Counted from the stretch's first letter, positions 18,653-28,825 are shown. The stretch: 64,000 nucleotides of DNA from an uncultured Candidatus Saccharibacteria bacterium (GCA_964355655.1 CAYHDT010000001.1:21588-85587); one strand, 5' to 3'. Numbers and translations: made by a program. The notes: a model not told the origin generated them from the sequence alone.

Positions 18653-20685
18653 CCCGCCTCAACTTTTTTAACTACATAAATCGGTTCGGTCTGGAGGCGG
18701 GGCTCTTCGCGGCGTATGTCCTCATCGGATATACCGAGCTCCATATTCATCCGGTTGAGACGTTCGCAACCCTTCTTTGGTTGCCGGCGGGCATCGCGCT
18801 CGCGGCTGTCATCCTGCGCGGATATCGTTTGTGGCCTGTTATTATGCTCGCCGCGTTTACGGTAAATATTTCCATAGGCGCCGGAGTAATTGTTTCTTTC
18901 GGCATAGCTCTCGGAGAAACGCTCCAAGTTCTTGCCGGCGCCTATTTTTTAAAGCAGTATGTCGGTTTTGACCTCGCGCTGGCGCGGTTGCGCGACAATC
19001 TCGGACTCATTGTGGTGGCATGCGCGGGCGCCTTTATAAGCGCCACTGCAGGAGCGGCAAGCGTGTGGTTTGGCGGGACAGTCTCTTCTTTCGAATCAAT
19101 CCGTACCCTATGGAGCGTTTGGTGGATTGGGAACGCGCTCGGCGTTCTTATAGTGGCGCCTCTTATTTTAAAATGGTTTTCCGGCCTGCCTTTCCGGAGA
19201 ACGCCGCTGCAATATATTGAAATGTCATTCATTAGCGCCGCGGTCTTCTTTACTTCCGTGTTTATTTTTTGGATGCCGCAAACGCATTTTATCTACTATC
19301 TTTTTATTCCGCTCACGTGGGCGGCGATGCGCGTCGGTCCCCGCGGTATAGCGCTCGCGCTCTTTATCGCGGCGGGAGTTGCTCTGTCGAGCGTGTTTGC
19401 CGGCAAAGGTCCCTATGTTGAGCAAGCGCTTTACCTTCAAATATTTATAGGCACCATGAGTGCCCTGTTTCTTATCCTCACCGCTATCATTGAGGAGCGT
19501 AAAAAAGCGCAGATATTCCTCGGGCATCATGTCGATGAGCTGGAGGAAGCTTTGCATAAAGTCAGCATCGAGGATCAGGCAAAAAAAGATTTTCTCGCCA
19601 TTCTTGCGCACGAGCTGCGTAATCCGCTGGCGGCGGTATTCAGCTCCGTGGAGCTCCTAAAATTGCAGGAGGTGCACGCGCCGGACACCATGGAGCTGCT
19701 TCAAACCATCGATGACCACGTCCATTCCATGGCGACTATGTTGGATGACCTGCTGGACGTCTCGCGCATTTCAAAAAATAAATTAAGCCTGCAAAAGGAG
19801 ACCGTTTCCCTGGACTCCGTGATAGACCGCTCCGTACGCTCCGCCCAGGCGCTTATACGGAGCCGCGGCCACACGTTTTCGGTCATAAAACCGGAGCATG
19901 AGTTATATCTCGACGCGGACCCGATACGGCTTGAGCAAATATTGGTAAATATTCTTAACAACGCGGCAAAGTACACGAAGCCAAACGGGACTATAGAGTT
20001 GGTCGCAAAGCGCGAGGAGAGTATGGCGGTCATCCGTGTACGCGATAATGGCATCGGTATTCCCAGAAACATGCTCAAGCTTATTTTTGAGCCGTTTTTT
20101 CAAGTGAAGCGCGGGAAATTGGCCACCGATGGGCTCGGCATCGGCTTGCCGCTGACGCGCCAGCTGGTCAGTATGCACGGCGGCACCGTCGAAGTAGTAA
20201 GCCAAGGCGAAGGAAAAGGCTCTGAGTTTATAGTCCGCCTTCCTCTGCCGGTACAGACACAGACACTGCCGACCGTTAAGCCCGGACTTCGCGGCGGGCC
20301 GTTGCGCCACGCCAAACACTCCCGCACTATTTTGGTTGTAGACGACAATGAGGTGGCCGCCGAGGCGCTCGGCCGGCTCCTGCAGCTGCGCGGTCATACA
20401 GTGGCTGTCGCTCACAACGGCTCCGAGGCGATAGAAAAGGCCAAGCATGTCAGCCCGGATATTATTATTCTCGACATTGGACTGCCCGACATGGACGGCT
20501 ATGAGGTCGCCCGCGTATTGAAGACACAAAAAAACTTTTCGTCTGCGCTTATTGCTCTTACCGGCTACGGCCAGCCGGGAGACAAAGAAAAAGCCCGCGC
20601 GGCGGGCTTTCAGGTGCACCTGACAAAACCGGTCAGTCTTAAGGAAGTCGAGGCGGCGTTCCGGAAACTGCCGCATGTTCTATAG
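18649..20685 (+). CDS. Hybrid sensor histidine kinase: membrane sensor domain, HisKA, HATPase_c, then a C-terminal receiver.
   Basis: Multiple TM helices, H-box HELRNPL, N/G boxes, and a receiver ILVVDDNEVAAE...ILDIGLPDMDG. ATGA overlap with the regulator gene. Confidence 0.85.
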   Translation: MTRLNFFNYINRFGLEAGLFAAYVLIGYTELHIHPVETFATLLWLPAGIALAAVILRGYRLWPVIMLAAFTVNISIGAGVIVSFGIALGETLQVLAGAYFLKQYVGFDLALARLRDNLGLIVVACAGAFISATAGAASVWFGGTVSSFESIRTLWSVWWIGNALGVLIVAPLILKWFSGLPFRRTPLQYIEMSFISAAVFFTSVFIFWMPQTHFIYYLFIPLTWAAMRVGPRGIALALFIAAGVALSSVFAGKGPYVEQALYLQIFIGTMSALFLILTAIIEERKKAQIFLGHHVDELEEALHKVSIEDQAKKDFLAILAHELRNPLAAVFSSVELLKLQEVHAPDTMELLQTIDDHVHSMATMLDDLLDVSRISKNKLSLQKETVSLDSVIDRSVRSAQALIRSRGHTFSVIKPEHELYLDADPIRLEQILVNILNNAAKYTKPNGTIELVAKREESMAVIRVRDNGIGIPRNMLKLIFEPFFQVKRGKLATDGLGIGLPLTRQLVSMHGGTVEVVSQGEGKGSEFIVRLPLPVQTQTLPTVKPGLRGGPLRHAKHSRTILVVDDNEVAAEALGRLLQLRGHTVAVAHNGSEAIEKAKHVSPDIIILDIGLPDMDGYEVARVLKTQKNFSSALIALTGYGQPGDKEKARAAGFQVHLTKPVSLKEVEAAFRKLPHVL

Positions 20686-21730
20686 ACACAGCGGTGCCTT
20701 TAGGGCTTGTTTTTGTTTCTACTGTCGCGCCCAATTGCCGAGCGAGTGAGCGCACAATTGTGGTCCCAAGCCCTCCCTTGTGCTCGGGATTGATAGTGAC
20801 TCCCACTCCGTCATCCGACACGGCCAGCCGCCACCCTCCTTTGGCGTTGTCATAGGATACGACAATAGCGCCCTGTTTCCCTTCGGGAAACGCGTGCTTG
20901 AGCGCATTGATAATTAATTCTGTCGTAATGAGTCCCAAACTTATCCCTTCGGCCGACGTAGTCGTTCCGTCCGCCGCTTTTACGCTGATGATGACCGGTT
21001 TATTGCTCCCTATCATGCTTTGCGACAGGCTCGCGCAGAGCCGGGTGAGGTAGGGGCCGACTTCAACCGCGCCGTCGAGGCTTGTAGTATAGAGATCCTG
21101 TTCTATCGTCGCTATCGATAAAATACGCTCATGGGCATCATGCAGATGCTTGCGGACCTCCACGCTTTCTGAAGCCTCCGACTTGAGTATCAATATGCTG
21201 GCGATGAGCTGCAGGCTGTTAGCCATGCGGTGTTTCATCTCCTGCATCATCAGGTCTTTTTGCTTCGACAATTTTTCCTTTTCGATATCCAACAGCTCCC
21301 GCTCCGATATATCGACGATGGTAAGCAGCAAGTGTTTGCGTTTATTTCCTTCGTGCATGACTTCGCGCGCGCTCAACATCATAGTGCGCCATCCGATGGT
21401 CAAAAAATTATGCGCAATCTTGTACTCGGTCATCACTTCGTGTCCGGAAATGATATGTTGGAGAAAGTGCCTCAATGCGGAAATGTTCCATTGTCCGTTG
21501 CCGATATCGTACAGCAACCTGCCCTGCGTCTCATTTTGACTGACCTGGAACTTCTCATAAAAAGACCGGCTGGCGACAACGACCCGCAGGTCCTCATCGA
21601 GCACTAAAAAAGGTTCGTGGATAGTGTCCACAATCGCCCGGGCGAGAGCGTTGCCAAGCTTAGTATCGGCAAAAGGGTCATCGCCGGCAGAATACGGAGT
21701 TAGTGCGTTCACGTGGTTTAAGTAGAACAC
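20639..21730 (-). CDS. PAS domain plus HisKA_2/HWE-type histidine kinase.
   Basis: HRMANSLQLIASIL H-box typical of the HisKA_2 family. C-terminal ATPase G-boxes. Convergent 47-nt overlap with the hybrid kinase gene. Confidence 0.75.
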   Translation of the reverse strand: MFYLNHVNALTPYSAGDDPFADTKLGNALARAIVDTIHEPFLVLDEDLRVVVASRSFYEKFQVSQNETQGRLLYDIGNGQWNISALRHFLQHIISGHEVMTEYKIAHNFLTIGWRTMMLSAREVMHEGNKRKHLLLTIVDISERELLDIEKEKLSKQKDLMMQEMKHRMANSLQLIASILILKSEASESVEVRKHLHDAHERILSIATIEQDLYTTSLDGAVEVGPYLTRLCASLSQSMIGSNKPVIISVKAADGTTTSAEGISLGLITTELIINALKHAFPEGKQGAIVVSYDNAKGGWRLAVSDDGVGVTINPEHKGGLGTTIVRSLARQLGATVETKTSPKGTAVSIEHAAVSGTPPRLP

Positions 21731-21738
21731 GTAGATGT

Positions 21739-22797
21739 TTATAAGTACAGAGAAAGCGCCGCGCGCGTAATAGGCCCTACATAACCCACCGCCGGTGTTA
21801 TGGTGCGCGCTATTTGGAATTTGATGACCGCCGCGCGCGTGGCCGGACCGAAGTAAGCGGTCTCGTTGCCGGGAGAACCCGCGCCGCTTGCCGCGATTAT
21901 AAATCCGTAAGCATTCAGGAGCTTTTGGAGCGCAAGCACATCCTGTCCGCTGATGCCGTAATAAAGGTTGCGGGCGATTATCGCCGTTCCACCGCCGGCA
22001 GGCGGCGAAGATGCAAACGCGAGAGCATTAATGACAGGCAAAGGCACAGTGATATTAGCGGCGAGCGCGTTGAGGAAGGTGCCGCGGAAGTTTGCCACCA
22101 AAAGCTTCGCGAGAGCAGCGCTATCGGAGTTCTGCAGAAGAATTGTGGAAAGAGATGCTATCTTTTCTGAAAGAGAGAACTGTGCCGTCAAACGCGGGAA
22201 GGGGTCGACCGGAGTTCCGGAGCTGCCGTGTATCTCGAAGTGGAGATGCGCGGCTCCGCCGGAGGCGTTTCCGGTATTTCCCACATAGCCGATGAGCGAG
22301 CCTTGCGCGAGTACCGCGCCCGACACCACTCCCTCGCCGATGCGGTCCAGATGCATATAGACAAAAGTTTCGCCGCCGGGGTTGGCGGTGTAGACGTAAT
22401 TGCCTTCGCCCGACCCGACCCCGGTGCGTAAAACGACTGCGGGCGTCGGGGACACAATCGGCGTGCCTTTAACCGCCATGATGTCCTCGCCTTCGTGCGT
22501 GCGTGCGCCGCCGTCGCGCGGGTCGCCGAAGTTCGGCGAAATGTCTTTGACCTCGATCCCAAAAAGCACCGGCATCAAGACCGCAAGCACGGCCGCCGCG
22601 GGGAGCGCGCTGATTTTTTGCTGCAAGTCACCCGATTGCCGCCATCCCCGGGACATGTACCGCTGCTCGGGCGTCGTCCCCGTAGTATCTGCCTGCGTTA
22701 CGGCGGATGTCGTTTGTGCAAAAGAGATAAACGGCAATGCCGATACAAGCAACACGGCTCCCACAAGAGCTCCGGCGTATCGGGGAAAATATTTCAT
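21739..22797 (-). CDS. M23 family peptidase with a C-terminal peptidoglycan-binding domain.
   Basis: HLHFEIH M23 motif. C-terminal PG_binding_1-like YFGPATRAAVIKFQ...GYVGPITRAAL. Confidence 0.8.
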   Translation of the reverse strand: MKYFPRYAGALVGAVLLVSALPFISFAQTTSAVTQADTTGTTPEQRYMSRGWRQSGDLQQKISALPAAAVLAVLMPVLFGIEVKDISPNFGDPRDGGARTHEGEDIMAVKGTPIVSPTPAVVLRTGVGSGEGNYVYTANPGGETFVYMHLDRIGEGVVSGAVLAQGSLIGYVGNTGNASGGAAHLHFEIHGSSGTPVDPFPRLTAQFSLSEKIASLSTILLQNSDSAALAKLLVANFRGTFLNALAANITVPLPVINALAFASSPPAGGGTAIIARNLYYGISGQDVLALQKLLNAYGFIIAASGAGSPGNETAYFGPATRAAVIKFQIARTITPAVGYVGPITRAALSLYL

Positions 22798-22836
22798 GAT
22801 GCCTCTTGTGCAGACGGAATAAAAGCACGCTGCTTA

Positions 22837-23088
22837 CTAGGCTTTTGGTTGGCGCAGGGCCCGCACGATGGCAATAAGAATGCACGCGCCAAGCACAGCT
22901 ACGAGGAAGCTGTAGAGGTTAAAACCTCCCACCCCGCTTTGTCCAAGCAGATTCATGATAAAACCGCCGATGACCGCTCCGACGATACCGACTCCGATAT
23001 CCCACAGCAGACCACCGCCGGTCCCCATCACCATCGACGCCACCCATCCGACCAATCCGCCAAATACAATCCACAATACAAGGTCCAT
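22837..23088 (-). CDS. GlsB/YeaQ/YmgE-family transglycosylase-associated small membrane protein.
   Basis: 83 aa, Gly-rich TM helices (IVFGGLVGWVASMVMG...GIVGAVIGGFI). Confidence 0.8.
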   Translation of the reverse strand: MDLVLWIVFGGLVGWVASMVMGTGGGLLWDIGVGIVGAVIGGFIMNLLGQSGVGGFNLYSFLVAVLGACILIAIVRALRQPKA

Positions 23089-23102
23089 ATATTTTATTTT
23101 TC

Positions 23103-23768
23103 TTAGGCGTTTAAATCACTCTTGTCTACAAGTTCGGCAGTAACAACGATTCTTTTCTCGTATACTTTATGTTCTCTGTTCCAGTCTCCGGTGCACGTAA
23201 TGAGATTGAGCCGGATTTTTGCCGAGTCGCCGAAAAATATATCATCCGTAGGCGCGTCATAATCGTACGTTTTGCTCCCGATGACCCGGAACTGTAATAT
23301 GTTTCCCTTATTGTCCGCTATTTCTACAAGGTCGCCGGTTTTAAGTTTGTCGAGGTTGTAGAAGACGGCCTGCGGGACGTCCTTCCCGTCGAGATGGCCG
23401 TTAATTACGGCAATGCCCGGCATGCCGGGCCTCGGACCTTGGTTGTACCAAGCTACGTCGGTGAAGTTACTGGGGATGCCCATGGTGCCGTCTCCTTTCC
23501 ACGAGAGCCCGACGCTTTGGACAACGGCATTCACGCTGATTGCGGGGATGATAAGTCTCGCGGGAAGACTCGGCGGCGCAAAGGAAGTGCCGCTGCCAAC
23601 GGGAGCAGGCATTGCGGAGAGCGCGGCTTCCTCCAAAGCCTGCACGGGTATGGCCCGAGTCTGCAGAAACAGCGAAAGGCCTGCGGCAAGCAGGCCTACG
23701 CTGAGAGATAGAAGAACCGCTTTTTTCCACGAAAATATTTTTGTAGAATTAACGTTCATCATACTCAA
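23103..23768 (-). CDS. Sortase family transpeptidase.
   Basis: N-terminal TM anchor. Catalytic LITCTG (TLXTC) motif and a conserved His (VINGHLD). Confidence 0.8.
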   Translation of the reverse strand: MSMMNVNSTKIFSWKKAVLLSLSVGLLAAGLSLFLQTRAIPVQALEEAALSAMPAPVGSGTSFAPPSLPARLIIPAISVNAVVQSVGLSWKGDGTMGIPSNFTDVAWYNQGPRPGMPGIAVINGHLDGKDVPQAVFYNLDKLKTGDLVEIADNKGNILQFRVIGSKTYDYDAPTDDIFFGDSAKIRLNLITCTGDWNREHKVYEKRIVVTAELVDKSDLNA

Positions 23769-23780
23769 GCACCTTAGTTT

Positions 23781-24413
23781 TTATTTTCCGTATCCGCCTC
23801 CCGTATCCGGCAAGCCCGGGATGACCGGAGGAATAACCGGAGGGACTGCGGCGCCGGTGAGCACATTGACCGCGCAGGTGTCGGTTATGCCTCCGCTGGT
23901 GACCGACATGGTCTTAAGTCCCGTTGACGCGTAGTTCGCGCTGAAGCCGACCCCGTTGGGGTTGGAGATAATCAGATCCGGGGACGACCAGACGTATGTG
24001 CCGGTGCCTCCCGTTGCTGCGAAGGTGGCGTTTTGCCCTAGCGTGACGTTTTGCGTTGCCGGAGAGCAGGTCAGTGCCCCGGCCGGCTGCGTTCCCGCGA
24101 CCGTCATGGTGCAGCTGGCCGACTGGCCCGCGCTCGTTACGGTGATAATGTAGGTTCCCGCGTTCGGGTAGCTGACCGCAAACTGGTTGCCCGACACGTT
24201 CGTTATATTAAGATTCGTGCCGGACCAAGTATAGATGCCGTTGCCGCCCGAGGCGTTAAAGATTGCCGCCTGATTCGGGAGCACGGACGACACGTTGACG
24301 CTGCAGGTTACCGGCGTGACCGCTTGCGCAAAACTCAGCGAGCCGGTGCTCATTGCCATGACCGCAACCGCGGTGATGAACGAAAGGAGCGCGTATTTTT
24401 GATTCATTTTCAT
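23781..24413 (-). CDS. Secreted tandem-domain protein ending in LPDTGGGYGK, a putative sortase substrate without a hydrophobic tail.
   Basis: Signal peptide. Two Cys-containing repeats of about 80 aa (CSVNVSS..., CSPATQNV...). The LPDTG motif lies 7 aa from the stop. The stop was verified in the DNA, and the sortase gene starts 12 nt downstream. Confidence 0.65.
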   Translation of the reverse strand: MKMNQKYALLSFITAVAVMAMSTGSLSFAQAVTPVTCSVNVSSVLPNQAAIFNASGGNGIYTWSGTNLNITNVSGNQFAVSYPNAGTYIITVTSAGQSASCTMTVAGTQPAGALTCSPATQNVTLGQNATFAATGGTGTYVWSSPDLIISNPNGVGFSANYASTGLKTMSVTSGGITDTCAVNVLTGAAVPPVIPPVIPGLPDTGGGYGK

Positions 24414-24530
24414 ACTGTTTCTATTTCTATTATTAATTTTTACTAATTATTTCGACCTTTATTCAACTTCACAATCCCATACACCCTGTGTGATTTTCAT
24501 GAAGATTGATCCCCATATTTTTGTTGTGAA

Positions 24531-25808
24531 TTAGTGCGTACTTAGGTAGCTCCTGGTTATCGGTCCAAAATTCCCCAGAGCAGGGCTAATCCCTACCTGT
24601 GTTTGGAATTCAGCCAGTGCCGCACGAGTGAGAGGGCCAAAGTAGCCGGTTGGGCCAACCGTGGCCAGAGTGCGGGCAGGTGAGCCTTTGTTTTGAGAGA
24701 TTAAGAATTGTTGGAGAATCGTCACGTTGTTGCTCCGGATTCCTTCTCCCAAGTTGACCGCTATCGCTTTGACCTGCTGTCCAAAAGCAGAAGCGGAAGG
24801 CGTGTATGCGGGAGTTTGATTCTCGGTTTGCATCTGCTGTATAGCATTGAGTGCGGCAGATTGGCCGGCCCCGGCGGAAATAAGCTGGTTGTACTGTTGC
24901 TGTTGCTGAGCAGTAAGCGTCGGAGTCGCGGTAGGCCCGGAGCTTCCTTGTGACCCTGTTTGTGTCGGGTTTGTTGAAGGAGTTTGTGCAGGTGTTGGAG
25001 TCGGAATAGGCGAAGGTGTAGGAGCGGGGGTTGGAGTTGGGGTTGGGGTTGCCGACTGGGCGTAAACAATAGTGACCGCATTTGAATCTAAAGTAACCGC
25101 AGTCTGTGCCAAGGCCCTGCCTTGCAGGCGCGCGCCGGTGTTTAGTACGATTGCTGTTTGGTCCAATATATTTCCGCTGAAGTCGGCGGTCGTACCGATG
25201 GTCGTCTGCCCGGCGACGACCCAGAATATGTTCCCTGCTTGCGCGCCGCCACTAAGGACTATGCGCACACCCGAGCTCACGGTAAGCGTCTGCGCTATCT
25301 GGAATATCCAGACATCGTTTGCGTTGCCGGAGAGTGTTACGTCCGTCGGTATGGTGACACCCGTACCCCATTTGTAGACACCGGGAGCCAGTGTCAGTCC
25401 GCCGATGTTTCCGGCGCCCAGTTCGGTAATTCCGGCGGCTCTTCCCGCGGCGTCGGTATAAGAGGTCTGCATGTCGAGCACTGCCGTGGTTAGGTTGGCA
25501 GGAGTCGGATTGGCGTAGTCAGACGCGTATACCTTTCCTGTTACTAGTGCCGAGGTTGAAAACGCGCTTGCCGCAGGAAGTATCAGCGCGAATCCGGTGA
25601 TATAGCTTGCGGCAGAGGGGCTTACGCCGATGTCGCCGACCACAGAAGTGGCTCCGGTGGTTGAGATTCCAGTTTTTGCAAGAATTACGAAGGCGCTGGC
25701 AGACCCAAGGTTGACAGTTGCAGGCGAGGCCGCGAGCGTAACCACCGGCAACAATCCCACAATGAGCGCAAGCGCGAGCGATCCAAGCGTGTAAGTGTAT
25801 TTTTTCAT
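24531..25808 (-). CDS. Secreted DUF3494 (ice-binding-like) domain protein with a Pro/Thr linker and a C-terminal PG-binding domain.
   Basis: N-terminal LGSASAFVILAKTGISTTGATSVVGDIGVSP matches the ice-binding-like family signature by eye. PTPTPTPAPTPSP linker. C-terminal GYFGPLTRAALAEFQ. Confidence 0.6.
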   Translation of the reverse strand: MKKYTYTLGSLALALIVGLLPVVTLAASPATVNLGSASAFVILAKTGISTTGATSVVGDIGVSPSAASYITGFALILPAASAFSTSALVTGKVYASDYANPTPANLTTAVLDMQTSYTDAAGRAAGITELGAGNIGGLTLAPGVYKWGTGVTIPTDVTLSGNANDVWIFQIAQTLTVSSGVRIVLSGGAQAGNIFWVVAGQTTIGTTADFSGNILDQTAIVLNTGARLQGRALAQTAVTLDSNAVTIVYAQSATPTPTPTPAPTPSPIPTPTPAQTPSTNPTQTGSQGSSGPTATPTLTAQQQQQYNQLISAGAGQSAALNAIQQMQTENQTPAYTPSASAFGQQVKAIAVNLGEGIRSNNVTILQQFLISQNKGSPARTLATVGPTGYFGPLTRAALAEFQTQVGISPALGNFGPITRSYLSTH

Positions 25809-25810
25809 TA

Positions 25811-26899
25811 CTACTTTGTTTTGAAGTTTATGACCTCGCCGCGGACAGTCCCGGCGGAGTTTTGCGCCACGGTGCGATAGTAGTAATTGGTGTTTGAGCG
25901 CAGAGCGGTGACATTCGCCTCAATCGAAACGGTAGTCGCGACTTTACCGGCCGAGCGGTGCGTGGTCGTCTTGAGCGCGCTGGCGAAAGAGGAGTCAGTA
26001 CTGTATTCGAACCAGTATGTTGTCTGGATGCTGGACGGGTTGACTGTGCCGCGCAAGGTGGCGGTGGTTGTGGCGACCGGTCCCGCGACCAGGGTTGTAA
26101 CCACCGGTACCGCGGTCAGCGGCGGACCCGCTGTCGTAAAGGTGAGTATGGTGCCGTTGGCGGTACCGAATTGATTTTGCGCGTTAAGGCGGAAGTAGTA
26201 GGTTGTCGCGGGAGCAAGACCGGAGAGCGACACTGACTCGGAAATTTTGGCGCTGCCGTCGCCGGCCGACCGGACCGTGCTGACTTCGCCCAGGTTGGCG
26301 GAAGTTCCGTACTCAAACCAATAGTTTGTCGCTACTTTATTCGGAGTTACTTCTCCGTTAATTTGAGCGGTCGTGCGAGACAGATTGGTTGCGGCTATTG
26401 TCTTGGCTACGGGCGCGCTGCCTACCGGAGCCGGAGTGCTTGCGTCGGTGCGGAAGGTGTAGGTCGTGCCGACAGATTTGCCGACCGAGTTTTGCGCAAC
26501 CAGACGGAAATAGTAGTTTGTACTTTTAGTAAGTCCCGCAATGTAGGCCGGTGCCGCAAGATTGGCGTATCCGGAGCCGATAGTCTGGGCGGTAGAGGTA
26601 AGCCCGAGGTTGGCCGATGTGCCGTATTCATACCAATAAGTCGTCAGTGCTCCGTTTGGCACTACTCCCCCGACAACGACAGCGCTGGTGGCGGTCGGGT
26701 TAACGGTTGCATTGGTCGTGGCGACCGGAGCGCCCGGCGTCTTAACCTGCGGTGTCGGCACGACCCCTCCTCCGGTAGTAGTGCCTACCGGCGTCGAGGT
26801 GGCGGTCGGAGACGGATTATTCTGCGTGTACCAAAAAACTCCCCCGATCAATATAAGCACCACTACAATTCCTCCTACGATAGCCGCGGTATTATTCAT
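25811..26899 (-). CDS. Membrane-anchored protein with 3-4 fibronectin-type-III-like repeats.
   Basis: N-terminal TM. A repeated unit of about 90 aa containing TTYW(F/Y)EYGTSANLG and ATTYYFRL. Confidence 0.6.
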   Translation of the reverse strand: MNNTAAIVGGIVVVLILIGGVFWYTQNNPSPTATSTPVGTTTGGGVVPTPQVKTPGAPVATTNATVNPTATSAVVVGGVVPNGALTTYWYEYGTSANLGLTSTAQTIGSGYANLAAPAYIAGLTKSTNYYFRLVAQNSVGKSVGTTYTFRTDASTPAPVGSAPVAKTIAATNLSRTTAQINGEVTPNKVATNYWFEYGTSANLGEVSTVRSAGDGSAKISESVSLSGLAPATTYYFRLNAQNQFGTANGTILTFTTAGPPLTAVPVVTTLVAGPVATTTATLRGTVNPSSIQTTYWFEYSTDSSFASALKTTTHRSAGKVATTVSIEANVTALRSNTNYYYRTVAQNSAGTVRGEVINFKTK

Positions 26900-27009
26900 A
26901 CAAAATACTTCCAGTTACTATTACGTTGTTTATAAACTCCTTACGAGTAACGCCATAGTGTGCCACCGGTGCTGAAGACCTCATGAAGTTTCGCGCCTTG
27001 GCGCAGCGA

Positions 27010-27306
27010 CTATAAAGAGAAGAAAAGCGTGCCGAGGAACACGACGACTATGCCCGCAAAGGCCGCCACGCTTTTGGTAAACAGGCTTACCGCCTCTTTC
27101 TTTTGCCCATCGAGATACATTTGGACCGGAGAGAAGAAGAAGCAGTAGCTCATCATAAGGACCGACAGCACCAGGAGCGAAATCATAGTGAGAGGAATCA
27201 GGAGTGTCTCCGGGCCGTCAAATCCGTCTAGTGAACTCATAAAAAGCACCACTGCGCCGATATAAACAGCCGCCGCCCCGGCATTAATTAAAGGGTTCTT
27301 TGTCAT
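27010..27306 (-). CDS. Small integral membrane protein.
   Basis: 98 aa, three predicted TM helices. Confidence 0.5.
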   Translation of the reverse strand: MTKNPLINAGAAAVYIGAVVLFMSSLDGFDGPETLLIPLTMISLLVLSVLMMSYCFFFSPVQMYLDGQKKEAVSLFTKSVAAFAGIVVVFLGTLFFSL

Positions 27307-27443
27307 ACTCTAGTGTAACCCCGCTGGGGTACAAAGGTGTCCTTGTTTAAATCTATTGACCCTACGCTCTACACCATAATAATGTTCGGGTTTTACTTTT
27401 TATCCCTTGGTAAGAAGCCTTGCGTTCACACGTCCTATAGGAT

Positions 27444-27459
27444 ATAACAGATATGTTAT
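27444..27459. promoter_or_regulatory. Palindrome ATAACAGATATGTTAT upstream of the HigBA-like pair, a candidate autoregulatory operator.
   Basis: Near-perfect inverted repeat about 20 nt upstream of the toxin ATG. Confidence 0.4.
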
Positions 27460-27479
27460 GCTCATAGCACATCACTGTT

Positions 27480-27854
27480 ATGGATTATAAATATTGGGAG
27501 GATAACCAAGGTCGATCTCCTGTGCTGGTGATGGTGCGTGAAATGGAGCAAACCGATGCTAGATCAGCAAAGTCCGTGACGAAGCACCTTCAAAAACTTC
27601 AAAAATATCCCTACGAACAGCTAACCAGACACAAGCTTGTGAAAAAACTGAAAGGAAAAAATCCTTTTAAAATTCATGAGTTGCGTCTAACTCTACCAAA
27701 TAAGTTCGCGCGGATATTTTTTATAGTAGCCCGAGACACAAAAGCATGGCTTCTGCACCTTATTGTCAAAAAAAGCGATAGCACTCCCCCGAAGGACATC
27801 CAAGTGGCGGAGGATCGAGCGGGAGATCTTGATCGTAGAATTAGATATTTGTAG
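27480..27854 (+). CDS. RelE/ParE-superfamily (HigB-like) toxin.
   Basis: Small basic protein with KIHELRL and ARIFFIV motifs. It is encoded upstream of an XRE-HTH antitoxin, the HigBA order. AT-rich islet. Confidence 0.6.
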   Translation: MDYKYWEDNQGRSPVLVMVREMEQTDARSAKSVTKHLQKLQKYPYEQLTRHKLVKKLKGKNPFKIHELRLTLPNKFARIFFIVARDTKAWLLHLIVKKSDSTPPKDIQVAEDRAGDLDRRIRYL

Positions 27855-27905
27855 CTGAGCTCAAATGCTGAAAAGATAGAATCTTAAGATAATAAAGATA
27901 AAAAC

Positions 27906-28340
27906 ATGAAAGCTAGTAAGATAGGTAAGAATAGAATTTTAAAGGAAAAACTGGATGACCTAAAAATAGATGTAGGGCTCCAGATTCTTGAGCTGCGTCT
28001 TATAAAAAATAAGACGCAAGATGCTTTGGCAAAAATGATTGGTACACAACAACCTAGCATTGCACGAGCTGAGAGAGGAGCCACTATTCCCAGTCTAGAT
28101 TTCTTGAACAAAATTGCTGTTGCACTAGGGACGGAACTTATAGCTCCAAAATTCTCTCTCGTCGAAGAAAACGAAAGACGTTTTCGGTCGGAAATGGCTG
28201 CTGTAAAAATCCAAACTAGGGGAGATGCTCATGCAAGCATTATGAAATTCGCACTTCCTAACGCAATACATCCGACTGTGTCTTTAGATTATGCCTCGAC
28301 TAGTCCGGGAGCAAATATATCGCACTCACTTGGTAACTAA
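27906..28340 (+). CDS. XRE-family HTH antitoxin (HigA-like).
   Basis: HTH LRLIKNKTQDALAKMIGTQQPSIARAERG. Confidence 0.7.
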   Translation: MKASKIGKNRILKEKLDDLKIDVGLQILELRLIKNKTQDALAKMIGTQQPSIARAERGATIPSLDFLNKIAVALGTELIAPKFSLVEENERRFRSEMAAVKIQTRGDAHASIMKFALPNAIHPTVSLDYASTSPGANISHSLGN

Positions 28341-28351
28341 CGAAAATTATT

Positions 28352-28825
28352 ATGAAAAAAAATAACATTCGCTACATGGGTGGTATAATCTCGAACTCAT
28401 CTACTGTAGACCAGATGTCTCAAGCTCTTTCGGTCTTTAACGTTATTGATCAAATTGACGTTGACCTAAAAGCTAAAGAGTTAAATAAAGTAAATCTAGA
28501 TTCTGTAGAAAAAATACCTGTCCCGATTAACTTTCAAGTCATTTCTATGTGGAAAAGAAATAACTTGTCTGATGAAAATAAATCTGTTAATTCTAAGCTC
28601 CATATAGAATTTGTGGACCCTATTGGAGAAAAACTTAATGAAACAACTTTTGATCTTCCTATAGCAGAAGGAAAAAAAAGAACGCGCTATATACTCAATG
28701 TTAATGGGATGTTTGTAACCAGAACTGGCGAATATCTTGTTCAGTTTAGAGAAATGTTCTCTAAGGATGAGAAGTCGGAAGTACTGGGTACCTTGATTCT
28801 TGACGTGGTGGTTAACAAGAGTTAA
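28352..28825 (+). CDS. Hypothetical protein in the AT-rich islet.
   Basis: 157 aa, low-GC codon usage like the adjacent TA genes. No motif recognised. Confidence 0.45.
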   Translation: MKKNNIRYMGGIISNSSTVDQMSQALSVFNVIDQIDVDLKAKELNKVNLDSVEKIPVPINFQVISMWKRNNLSDENKSVNSKLHIEFVDPIGEKLNETTFDLPIAEGKKRTRYILNVNGMFVTRTGEYLVQFREMFSKDEKSEVLGTLILDVVVNKS

